Below, piece by piece: positions 48,610 through 57,207 of a DNA stretch of 64,000 nucleotides. The translations under genes and the position numbers were made by a program. The stretch comes from a virus: positions 1 through 64,000 of the IMG/VR virus record IMGVR_UViG_3300034110_001237, one strand, 5' to 3'. The notes under the pieces were generated by a model that saw only the letters and a program-made list of their open reading frames with translations, was not told the origin of the DNA and did not search any database. How positions within the stretch are numbered: position 1 is the first letter of the stretch; each line of letters opens with the position of its first letter.

Positions 48610-48646
48610 AATGCCAGCTCATAGTGATATGATGTTGGCATTTTAT
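48610..48646 (+). terminator. intrinsic terminator of the ncRNA unit
   Basis: AATGCCAGC...GTTGGCATT followed by T-rich tract. Confidence 0.6.
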
Positions 48647-48700
48647 TGTCTTTATTTTATTTTTATGATATACTTATCCAAATTTTTGGAGATCTGTTAA

Positions 48701-49357
48701 ATGCCTAATCCCGATAGAATTGCTCAGTTAACTGCAGTGGCTAATATGAGCCAGCTTGACAAAATTGAGCGGTTGACCACTACCATTAAAAAAGTCTACG
48801 GCATTGATGTGTCAGACGTAAAACTGGTTAAGAATCAAACCGCCCAGTACAAAGCGAAAACATCACTTGGTCCTGCTCGTATCTATGTTTATTCGCAGTG
48901 CATTGATATTAAATTCACATCGACTGTAGCATTTGATGGTCAACAACTCACTTTGAAAAAATCCACGGACGTGATTCAAACTATTTTTGATGACATCAAT
49001 AAACGAACGGTTATTTTTAATGTCGTCAAATTACGTCAACAAAATAATAAAGATGTCCATTTTTATGGTAATACCAAATTCAGTATTAAGATTGTGGTGC
49101 GATTTTCTGCGACTAATCCACAACTGTATTTTAAAGCGACACCTTATTCAACGTATTCTTTCTTTAACTACATGAATGAATGTGCCATGTCGGGTTATAA
49201 AAAGACGCTTGAAGTGTATTATTTGAAAGCTGAATTTGATTCCATAACAGGCGTTGAGCAAGCATTCTCTTTTATTAAAGATTACTTTAAAGGTCGGAAT
49301 CTCACGCTTGATGATGCGAAACGTTTAGCTGACTTGCAGGATATGGTAAAAATATGA
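48701..49357 (+). CDS. MxxI-tail family protein, group D
   Basis: GGAG RBS; ends DLQDMVKI. Confidence 0.8.
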   Translation: MPNPDRIAQLTAVANMSQLDKIERLTTTIKKVYGIDVSDVKLVKNQTAQYKAKTSLGPARIYVYSQCIDIKFTSTVAFDGQQLTLKKSTDVIQTIFDDINKRTVIFNVVKLRQQNNKDVHFYGNTKFSIKIVVRFSATNPQLYFKATPYSTYSFFNYMNECAMSGYKKTLEVYYLKAEFDSITGVEQAFSFIKDYFKGRNLTLDDAKRLADLQDMVKI

Positions 49358-50007
49358 GCATCTTAGATGAAACAAATTCTTCATTTTACAGTGACGGCAT
49401 TTATGCCTCTAGATCTCTATTAAATGAACACTTTAATCTTACATTTTCTAATGTAACTAAATACACTGACCATGACTATAAAGCAGATGGAGATTATGCT
49501 GTTGATATTTACATTTCAAACAGTGATGTTATCTATCTAACTTTTAAAGAAATGATTTCATTAAATGATGGTATCTTGGTATCTGTATTTGATCATCCAT
49601 TGATTAATAAATATCTAGCAGATATGAACGGTTTGTTTTGTATTTTTGATGCTGTTCGATTTACAACTGACGAAAAGAAATTTTTTTATCCTGTTATTGA
49701 AAACCTGAAACCATCCATTGTTTTTAAATATAGTATTCTTAATAGAGAAATGACAATTTCTGTTCAGTTACTTAACACCATTCAAAAAGATGGTGAATCT
49801 ATTTGCACAATAACAAAAAATACTATTATTCAAAATACTTATGAACCAGCAAAGTTTGATCATGTGTATGGATTAAAAAGCCCATTTTATCACAGTGATC
49901 TTTTAATTTATAAAGAAAGAATTTTAAAGGTTTGGGGGATCTCTCCTGACTCTCCAACCATTGACTATAAACAAATGGGACAATTAACCGATATGATTCA
50001 TATTTAA
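49354..50007 (+). CDS. MxxI-tail family protein, group D
   Basis: TKN..IQN.YEP, WGI..DS..IDY; ends LTDMIHI. Confidence 0.8.
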   Translation: MSILDETNSSFYSDGIYASRSLLNEHFNLTFSNVTKYTDHDYKADGDYAVDIYISNSDVIYLTFKEMISLNDGILVSVFDHPLINKYLADMNGLFCIFDAVRFTTDEKKFFYPVIENLKPSIVFKYSILNREMTISVQLLNTIQKDGESICTITKNTIIQNTYEPAKFDHVYGLKSPFYHSDLLIYKERILKVWGISPDSPTIDYKQMGQLTDMIHI

Positions 50008-50014
50008 GGCCATT

Positions 50015-50674
50015 GTGATGACTGATGAGATAACCTATATTGATAAACTGCCTGTTGAATATAATATCTTACAGAATATTGTAAGTAATCAATTTGGACT
50101 TGTTGTTTCTAAATTTAAACAAGCTCATTATGATGGTTATATTGGACAATCTCAGTATAATGAAACAGTTAATATTTTCACAGCACGTTCAGTCTATTAT
50201 ACTTTTTCATTTGAAAACATTATTACTATTGAGAATAATCAAGTTGTTACTCGATTAAATTCACCCGTTATTCAGCTTATTCTGGATGACGTTAATAAGA
50301 CACTTCACATAACAGAAGCTTTGCGTTTTAGCCATGATGGAATCATCCATATTCCTGTTCTACCTAATGTTAAATCTTGGCTTGTTTTTAAATATAATAA
50401 TAAACTTGAATTCATGACCATTGAAATACACTTTGCAGTAATTCGTGAAGAAGGCTGCGATGCCCCTTATGAATTAACCACAAAAAATGTATTCATCCAA
50501 AATGCCTATGAACCATCAGGTTTTAAGAAAATCTATTCCATGACAGGTGAACTAATTAAAGATGATTTAGCCGGGTATCATAGTAAATTATTAGCCATAT
50601 GGGGTATTCCAGAAGATTCTACTGATATTGATTATCACCGATTAGGCGTATTAAGCGATATGATCACTATTTGA
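50015..50674 (+). CDS. MxxI-tail family protein, group D
   Basis: TKN..IQN.YEP, WGI..DS..IDY; ends LSDMITI. Confidence 0.8.
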   Translation: MMTDEITYIDKLPVEYNILQNIVSNQFGLVVSKFKQAHYDGYIGQSQYNETVNIFTARSVYYTFSFENIITIENNQVVTRLNSPVIQLILDDVNKTLHITEALRFSHDGIIHIPVLPNVKSWLVFKYNNKLEFMTIEIHFAVIREEGCDAPYELTTKNVFIQNAYEPSGFKKIYSMTGELIKDDLAGYHSKLLAIWGIPEDSTDIDYHRLGVLSDMITI

Positions 50675-50729
50675 TTGCTTGATTTTTAATATTCTGCTAT
50701 AATTGTGTACCTTATTGGAGATATCAATC

Positions 50730-50879
50730 ATGAAAAAATCCCTGTTGGCTATTTGTCTTATGTTTACTGTAAATCAAGCTCATTCTGCTGATCGTGTGGT
50801 CATTGATATTTTTATGCCACTGACAGTTTGCATTCCTAAACTGACTCCTGTTTTGTCGTTGAAAAAATGTGAGATTTAA
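50730..50879 (+). CDS. 49-aa secreted peptide (not in ORF track)
   Basis: GGAG RBS; MKKSLLAICLMFTVNQAHSA-DRVVIDIFMPLTVCIPKLTPVLSLKKCEI; Sec signal, two Cys in mature part. Confidence 0.65.
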   Translation: MKKSLLAICLMFTVNQAHSADRVVIDIFMPLTVCIPKLTPVLSLKKCEI

Positions 50880-51371
50880 GTGACTCATTATATCATTTTT
50901 AAAGAATTGCTTGACTATCCTGTTCAATCAGTTGTAGATGAGACTTATGCAGTAAAAGATTATTTAGGTGTTCATCTTTGTAATTTGGTTGAATTTCCTA
51001 TTGATTTTAAAGTCAATCAAACAATTAAGGTACATATCATTCAAGATTTTTGTTATGATGGTCGGCGTGTCTGGCAACTTTTCTATGTTACTTTCAAAGA
51101 CGAACTGGTGATGTTTTGCTATTCAGCAGGACGAGAAGGTCGTGATAGTTATTCTAGTAGAATTTTTAATATAAAGGCTTTTACTGATATGTTGCTTTTC
51201 ATTGCGGAACAAGATGATTATTATGACGAATCATTTAAATTATCTGAATTGAATACTATTTGTAATCTCGTCCATCGACAAAATATTACAATCACGTCTC
51301 TTGATGAAAAAGCAGATGATTTCATTAATTTTTACAGCAATAAACTCAATGATGTCTTTAGTAGTTGGTAA
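50880..51371 (+). CDS. hypothetical phage protein
   Basis: DFCYDGRRVWQL...AGREGRD motif. Confidence 0.7.
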   Translation: MTHYIIFKELLDYPVQSVVDETYAVKDYLGVHLCNLVEFPIDFKVNQTIKVHIIQDFCYDGRRVWQLFYVTFKDELVMFCYSAGREGRDSYSSRIFNIKAFTDMLLFIAEQDDYYDESFKLSELNTICNLVHRQNITITSLDEKADDFINFYSNKLNDVFSSW

Positions 51372-51415
51372 CTTTGTGGTATAATGCAAGCCACAGATGA
51401 GAGTAGAGGCATATC

Positions 51416-51940
51416 ATGACACTATCTATCCGCAAAGAATACGAAACATTAGGGGTTGATACCTATTACAGCGACCATGCTGAAACGTATCACAATCCTC
51501 ATGCTGCCTTTGCTTTGACCTGTCTTGACCAGCTTTGGAAACCAAGCTTTAAAAACATTCTGGATTTTGCTTGTGGGGACGGTCTTGTTTCTAAACATCT
51601 CTCCAAAACAAAACAGGTTAATTCGGTTGTAGGTTGTGATAAATTTCTATTTTCCCGTTATCAGAGAGAAACCCATAATCAATGCTTTGACTATTCGTTT
51701 GAAGACGTTGCTAATGGTGAGTTTGAAATGCCTAAAGTTGATGTGATTGTATTAAGTTATGCCATTGACCTTGTTGAAGCGTCGTATTTGAGTACCATGC
51801 TTTATGGCTTGTCTACGATTGCTGATAATTTGATTGTTATTCGTCCGAATAATCATGTTGTTGAACATTTTGCTTGGCAGTTGGAACAATCGGTAAAAGT
51901 AGAAAAATCTCGTGGAATGTTGTACACAAAAACTATTTAA
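51416..51940 (+). CDS. class I SAM-dependent methyltransferase
   Basis: motif I ILDFACGDG, VVGCD, DVIVLSYAI. Confidence 0.8.
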   Translation: MTLSIRKEYETLGVDTYYSDHAETYHNPHAAFALTCLDQLWKPSFKNILDFACGDGLVSKHLSKTKQVNSVVGCDKFLFSRYQRETHNQCFDYSFEDVANGEFEMPKVDVIVLSYAIDLVEASYLSTMLYGLSTIADNLIVIRPNNHVVEHFAWQLEQSVKVEKSRGMLYTKTI

Positions 51941-51954
51941 CTAGGAGTTATAAA

Positions 51955-52389
51955 ATGATGAAGAAAATTGTTGGCGTTATGTTCATGACTTTGGGTTTGA
52001 TGAGTATGAGTGCTCATGCAAATATGGCAGTTATGACGGCTACTAATACAGCTATCATTAATACAGTGGCCGCTTCTAGTGTGATTGATGAACCCGAAGC
52101 AGAACAAGCATCTGAACCCGTTGTGGAAGCTGTTAAGGTTGAAGCCAAGGAAAAAACGTATAATGTTGAACCAGCCGGAAGCTATATGTTAACTATTTGT
52201 AATTCTTCACAAGTGCAAACTGCTCTTGCTTGGCAAACCGTTTGTACCGCTGACAAAAATCGTTCTTTTAGAAGCAATATGTGTCCGGTCATGTCTTTTT
52301 TACGGTTTTGCCAACCAGCGACAGCACAAGAAGTTAAAGGTCTGAATCCTGTAAAAGCCAACTACAACAACATATTCTTAAAAGATTAA
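51955..52389 (+). CDS. secreted/periplasmic protein
   Basis: AGGAG RBS, ATG 51955; signal peptide ...SAHA; four Cys. Confidence 0.7.
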   Translation: MMKKIVGVMFMTLGLMSMSAHANMAVMTATNTAIINTVAASSVIDEPEAEQASEPVVEAVKVEAKEKTYNVEPAGSYMLTICNSSQVQTALAWQTVCTADKNRSFRSNMCPVMSFLRFCQPATAQEVKGLNPVKANYNNIFLKD

Positions 52390-52399
52390 AGGTGCCATT

Positions 52400-52882
52400 A
52401 TGAACACGACACCACTCATGTATTCGATTACTTTTAAGAAAACTAATGAGGCTTCCGTGGCTCATGACGATTTGAAACGAGTCACCAATACAATCATTGA
52501 TAATTGGGCGAGTGAAAGCGACTTAACGCTTACCAATGCAAAGCCAGAAGTCTATGAAAATGCTTGGAATTATGTAGATCTTAATCGTCACTTGATTTCT
52601 AGTAAGCTTTTGCAGTATAATAGCCGTGTTGATGGCGATGACCTTGTGATTGAATTCAATCTGAATGCGATTCTGGATAGTTCAGCCGAAATTAAGGCTG
52701 ATTACTGGGAAGACAAGTATCTTCAAGATTACAATGATGTGGAAAAATTGTTTCATCCATTGATTGATGGATTTTTCAATAATTTTGATGGAGCCTTTGC
52801 TTTCCTGATGTTTAAAGAAATGTCTGCCAATAAAGATTTTAAAGAATATCCACAAATGCAACACAAATTGTTTAACAAATAA
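52400..52882 (+). CDS. hypothetical protein
   Basis: AAGGT RBS. Confidence 0.7.
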   Translation: MNTTPLMYSITFKKTNEASVAHDDLKRVTNTIIDNWASESDLTLTNAKPEVYENAWNYVDLNRHLISSKLLQYNSRVDGDDLVIEFNLNAILDSSAEIKADYWEDKYLQDYNDVEKLFHPLIDGFFNNFDGAFAFLMFKEMSANKDFKEYPQMQHKLFNK

Positions 52883-52913
52883 ATTTAACTATCTTAATAA
52901 AGGAAAAACTAAA

Positions 52914-53240
52914 ATGCGTAAAATGATTAGTCTCATGTTTTCGGTTGTTGCTCTGGTTCTGTGTGGTTTTCAAACTGCTGCTCTTGCAGGCCCGATTATT
53001 GTCATGCCACGAGTATATATTCCACCTGTCCGTGTCGCCACACCTGCACCGGCTGTTAAAGTTACTCCACCACCGGCCCGCGTTGCGACTCCTAAAACCA
53101 ATCAGTCTGAATCAACGACCAATAGTCTTGTTCCTATTATGACAGGTATTGCTGTTATGAACGCTACATCGTCAGCAAATGCGGCATCTAATCAAGATGA
53201 AGATGATAATAACAATACTGCAGAAGATTCTGACGAATAA
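52914..53240 (+). CDS. secreted Pro-rich low-complexity protein
   Basis: signal peptide ...ALA; PPVRVATP/PPARVATP repeat; acidic tail. Confidence 0.65.
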   Translation: MRKMISLMFSVVALVLCGFQTAALAGPIIVMPRVYIPPVRVATPAPAVKVTPPPARVATPKTNQSESTTNSLVPIMTGIAVMNATSSANAASNQDEDDNNNTAEDSDE

Positions 53241-53363
53241 CCTTTTTGTCTAAAGTGACTAGATTTCTTTAGTGAATGATAGTCACCAAGGCATGATTGT
53301 GGTATAATACGGCCAATGAAGTAAATAACCCTTTTTACACTTGTGCCTATGAAGGTGAATGAC

Positions 53364-53984
53364 ATGACTAACCAAAAAGAATATCCGTTGATTGAAAACC
53401 TTGAAGCGGTGAAACGTAAAAAATTCGCCACTGTCGAAGATCGGTTAACCTCTATTATCGCTGTATTGGATGAAGAAGTGTTGTCGCGTGGTATTGAACA
53501 CAATCCAGACAGAACTGTTCCAGAAGATATGGTTCGACAATCTAAATTTCGTTGGGATGTTGCGGGTTGTGTTTTTACTGGTAAAAAAATGCTCAATGCT
53601 ATGCAAAAGCAAGAAGTCACCAATATTGTTACTAAAAATTATCTGCTTTGTGTTCATCAGCCAGAAGTTTTCTATGATATGGCTGCAATGATGTTTTATA
53701 ATTTCTATAATAAAGACAGCGGTAGTGGTTTGACTGCTGACGAAAATAACGAAATCATTAGAAATATTTTTGGTAATGACTTTGATAAATTGCAAGAAGC
53801 ATTTGATGAGTGGTTGGTGGAACATATTGAAAAGATGTTGATTCCACACCCAACTTGGACAAGTATTGACCCTGTTAAGCATTTAGCAAGCCAATCCAAA
53901 TATTATCAAGAATCGTATAAAGGTGCTTTTTTTATGTCTTCTATTGAAAAAGCCATTCAAAATGTAACTAATGCAATAGTTTGA
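53364..53984 (+). CDS. hypothetical protein
   Basis: AAGGTG RBS; promoter upstream; terminator after. Confidence 0.7.
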   Translation: MTNQKEYPLIENLEAVKRKKFATVEDRLTSIIAVLDEEVLSRGIEHNPDRTVPEDMVRQSKFRWDVAGCVFTGKKMLNAMQKQEVTNIVTKNYLLCVHQPEVFYDMAAMMFYNFYNKDSGSGLTADENNEIIRNIFGNDFDKLQEAFDEWLVEHIEKMLIPHPTWTSIDPVKHLASQSKYYQESYKGAFFMSSIEKAIQNVTNAIV

Positions 53985-54004
53985 TCGTTATTTTGTTTGA
54001 AAAC

Positions 54005-54028
54005 AGAGCCTCTTCGGAGGCTTTTTTT
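54005..54028 (+). terminator. intrinsic terminator (cUUCGg loop)
   Basis: AGAGCCTC-TTCG-GAGGCTTTTTTT. Confidence 0.85.
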
Positions 54029-54096
54029 ATAAATTTTTATTTACTTGATTTTTTATCGTTTAGTGCTACTCTTTTAGATACACTAATGGAGCCACT

Positions 54097-54681
54097 ATGT
54101 TCAGTAAATTTATTAATTACATTAAATTAGACAAAACAACGATTCTTATTCTTATTGCAATCTTGTCCTTTAAATCGTTTGCTTATAATCCATCTTATGT
54201 CCCAACTGGCTCAATGATCCCGACGATTGATGAGAAGTCATTCATTTTGGTGGATGTTCATAGCTATGGTATTAAGATCCCTTTCACTAAAATTGAACTG
54301 TTGAAAACAGGTCATCCAGAACGTGGTGATATTGCTGTTTTTAGAATGCCTTTAGACGAAAGAACCAATTATGTGAAACGTATTGTGGCTGTTGCTGGTG
54401 ATACTGTTTATTTCAATGACAACTCTTTCAAGATCAATGAAGTCCCAACGGATATGCCTAACATGAAGAAAGCTGTTGTGCCTGTTGGTTATTATTTTGC
54501 AATCGGTGATAACATCAAACATTCTTATGATAGCCGTTTCTGGGGTTACGTTCCAGAAGCTAATCTTGTGGGTAAATATGTCACTACCCTACTCAGCTTG
54601 AACAAAATATTACCACAATCAGATAAGCCTGCAGAACATGAAAAACATGGCGAAGACAAGCTGAAGTTGCAAAAACAATAA
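54097..54681 (+). CDS. lepB: signal peptidase I (S26)
   Basis: TM anchor, catalytic Ser in PTGSMIPT, RGDIAVF, catalytic Lys in YVKRIV, GDN..SYDSRFWG.VP. Confidence 0.9.
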   Translation: MFSKFINYIKLDKTTILILIAILSFKSFAYNPSYVPTGSMIPTIDEKSFILVDVHSYGIKIPFTKIELLKTGHPERGDIAVFRMPLDERTNYVKRIVAVAGDTVYFNDNSFKINEVPTDMPNMKKAVVPVGYYFAIGDNIKHSYDSRFWGYVPEANLVGKYVTTLLSLNKILPQSDKPAEHEKHGEDKLKLQKQ

Positions 54682-54719
54682 ATTATGTTATACTTGGCTC
54701 CAACAAAGGAGCCTTTTTT

Positions 54720-54995
54720 ATGTCCAACAAAATTTTTATTGCATTCGTCAACTTGGTTGATAAATATGAAAAAACGTTGAATGAACTCGATGACCCAGAA
54801 CTGATGAAGTCTGATAAGTTGTTTGCTGGTATGATGGCAGACTTTAAGAAAGAATTTGTGAGCTATTGGTTGCTGATCGAGCAATATGGCCGACTTAAAG
54901 TATTTGGTAATCAAGAAGAAATGTTGGCAACTGTCACTGAAATGCAGAAAATCATCACGGCCAAGAATGCTCCTTCTGATGAAATCTTCTCTTGA
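54720..54995 (+). CDS. small hypothetical protein
   Basis: AAGGAG RBS. Confidence 0.7.
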   Translation: MSNKIFIAFVNLVDKYEKTLNELDDPELMKSDKLFAGMMADFKKEFVSYWLLIEQYGRLKVFGNQEEMLATVTEMQKIITAKNAPSDEIFS

Positions 54996-55020
54996 TGTAA
55001 ATTAATAATAGGAACCCATT

Positions 55021-55143
55021 ATGGATAAAAAGCCAGAAAAACCAACAAGATCTACTGAGCCTCCTGTCAGACGTGTTGTTAATGAGAAAGTTATCAACAA
55101 AAAAGAAATTGATGATTGGTGTAAAAACCGAAAACAGAAATAA
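55021..55143 (+). CDS. 40-aa basic microprotein (not in ORF track)
   Basis: AGGA RBS; MDKKPEKPTRSTEPPVRRVVNEKVINKKEIDDWCKNRKQK. Confidence 0.5.
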   Translation: MDKKPEKPTRSTEPPVRRVVNEKVINKKEIDDWCKNRKQK

Positions 55144-55208
55144 ACACTGTAGACGCCAGTTCGCATTCGTGGTATAATACGCCCATATTTCGAATAGAGT
55201 GAATTACT

Positions 55209-56102
55209 ATGAAAGCTTCCGATTTCAATAAAAACTTCATTAAAGACTTGAAACTGCCTATAGCCGTGGACAAGTCTCCCTATTTTGAACATTATCTCGC
55301 ATTGACGAGTCCTTACTATGGTTCTGTTGAGAAATACGAAACCTTCAAACGTGACTTTGATGCATTTGGCAGTCAGTTCTTTTTTGAACACAACCGCAAA
55401 ACAGTCAACGCTACGCTGGATGCGATTTCGGCTTCTACTGAGTATGCTCGTTTCAATGCAATGGACATGAGCGTATTCAACAAAGAAATTAAAATCAGTG
55501 CAAAAGAACTTTACAAATCGGATAAAGCGGATAAAAAGTTTTACAGCATTGATTTGGTTAAAGCCAACTTCCAGTCGCTGTTGCTGGTAGAGCCGACTAT
55601 TTTTGGTGGTCATACCGATTACACTGAATTTGCGGTTAGCCGGGGTTTCAACGATTATATGCTAATCAGTAAGCTGACTCGCCAAATCTTGTTTGGTAAC
55701 TTGAACCCAAAACGTCAACAAAAGGTTCAATACTTCATGATGAACCAAATTGCTGACCGGTTGATCAAGTCTGGAATTGATGTATCGTCTGTTTACAGCC
55801 TGTCTTCTGATGAACTTGTTTTTGAACAAGGCGACTACAAGAAAGAGGCTATTTGGGATGCTATTGCACCACTTGGTTACAATGTTCGTGTTGAAGCGTT
55901 TACGCTTCGCAAACCATTCGACAAGCCCTTTTATGTAAAGGAACGTGATGATGGTAGTGTAGAGTTTAAGATGGTTCCAACGGCTGTTATGGCTGAGTTC
56001 ATCAAACGCTTTGAAGGTCGGGCTGTTGAAGATATTGACCTTTACTTCTACGATGAAAGCAAAAGGTTGTCTAAATTTATCGAACCCGCCATCGAGAGTT
56101 AA
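55209..56102 (+). CDS. compact DNA-polymerase-like palm/fingers protein
   Basis: motif A-like FYSIDLVKANF, motif B-like SKLTRQILFGNL, motif C-like SLSSDELVF. Confidence 0.5.
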   Translation: MKASDFNKNFIKDLKLPIAVDKSPYFEHYLALTSPYYGSVEKYETFKRDFDAFGSQFFFEHNRKTVNATLDAISASTEYARFNAMDMSVFNKEIKISAKELYKSDKADKKFYSIDLVKANFQSLLLVEPTIFGGHTDYTEFAVSRGFNDYMLISKLTRQILFGNLNPKRQQKVQYFMMNQIADRLIKSGIDVSSVYSLSSDELVFEQGDYKKEAIWDAIAPLGYNVRVEAFTLRKPFDKPFYVKERDDGSVEFKMVPTAVMAEFIKRFEGRAVEDIDLYFYDESKRLSKFIEPAIES

Positions 56103-56118
56103 TATCAGATGGTTAATT

Positions 56119-56143
56119 AAAGCAGTCTTCGGGCTGCTTTTTT
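56119..56143 (+). terminator. intrinsic terminator (cUUCGg loop)
   Basis: AAAGCAGTC-TTCG-GGCTGCTTTTTT. Confidence 0.85.
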
Positions 56144-56204
56144 CTTTCCATACTTCTTAAACTATGGTATAATCACCACCTTAATCAAACAAACAGGTGA
56201 CAAC

Positions 56205-56903
56205 ATGATCGGTAGAAAAGTTTATTTCCGCTATGCTGATAAAGTGATGGCTGTTGAAGTCTATGCAGAAACCCCAGAAGCATTTAAAGACCGTACAGGC
56301 ATTGATGTCATTGATCATACAGTAGCCGAAGTCGCCAGCTTGGTGGATTACACTGGTGTTGTTTCCGAAGCTCGTGTTGGTAAGTCTGTTGAAAAACTTC
56401 GTTATGCAGAAGGGATTGCAGAAGTCATTACACGTCCAAGATTGATGATGGCTCAACAAGATATTGATGATGCAATTTCTCGCTCGACTATTTCTTTGGA
56501 GTTGAAGCAAGTTTCAGACATTCCTGATATGCCTGAAAATTTCAAAAATTATTTAACTTCTTCATTCTATTTTAATACAAATGATAAAAAAAGTTTTGTG
56601 GGTTTTGTTGAAATCCCTAACAAAAATCATTTTATTTTGAATAATTTAGTTACATTACATTCTGCATCTTTTATTATGCCTGATCAAAGGGAGTTTGTTT
56701 CTGTGCATGTTTTTAAAAGTGGAACTTTTGAATTTGATACAGAAAAGGACATTATTGAAAAAGGTGAGTGGATTGTCTTAATTTATGGTGTTGATAACTA
56801 TTCGTTAGGTAAACGCTTTCATACCGAACAGGAAGCAAATGATTTTGTGCGTCTTGGTTGGAAGATGGAATTCGAAAATGATTTGCTCTACTACAATTCA
56901 TAA
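56205..56903 (+). CDS. hypothetical protein
   Basis: AGGTG RBS; promoter upstream. Confidence 0.7.
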   Translation: MIGRKVYFRYADKVMAVEVYAETPEAFKDRTGIDVIDHTVAEVASLVDYTGVVSEARVGKSVEKLRYAEGIAEVITRPRLMMAQQDIDDAISRSTISLELKQVSDIPDMPENFKNYLTSSFYFNTNDKKSFVGFVEIPNKNHFILNNLVTLHSASFIMPDQREFVSVHVFKSGTFEFDTEKDIIEKGEWIVLIYGVDNYSLGKRFHTEQEANDFVRLGWKMEFENDLLYYNS

Positions 56904-56946
56904 GTATTAAAATACGACAAAAGGACTATCGCTAGTCCTTTTTTTA

Positions 56947-56975
56947 TTGACGAATTTTGCTAAAAGTGATATAAT
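56947..56975 (+). promoter_or_regulatory. sigma70-type promoter
   Basis: TTGACG-17 bp-TATAAT with TG extension. Confidence 0.8.
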
Positions 56976-57016
56976 TCTCCCCATTAACTACCATATAAGG
57001 TAGATGGAGGCGTGAA

Positions 57017-57196
57017 ATGCGTATGTTTCTTTTGAAAGTTCTCATTGTTGTCAGTGTTTTGTCCCTTATTGTGACGGGTAGTGTTTGGGCTGCAATTCTT
57101 TCAGTTGCTTTCGCATCTCTATTGGCATTGGAAAAAAATGAAGTAACTCACTTGTGCCACAAACAATGCACTTATAAATTCAGCCAAAATTACTAA
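57017..57196 (+). CDS. 59-aa small membrane protein (not in ORF track)
   Basis: GGAGG RBS; MRMFLLKVLIVVSVLSLIVTGSVWAAILSVAFASLLALEK... Confidence 0.65.
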   Translation: MRMFLLKVLIVVSVLSLIVTGSVWAAILSVAFASLLALEKNEVTHLCHKQCTYKFSQNY

Positions 57197-57207
57197 GGAT
57201 TAACATA

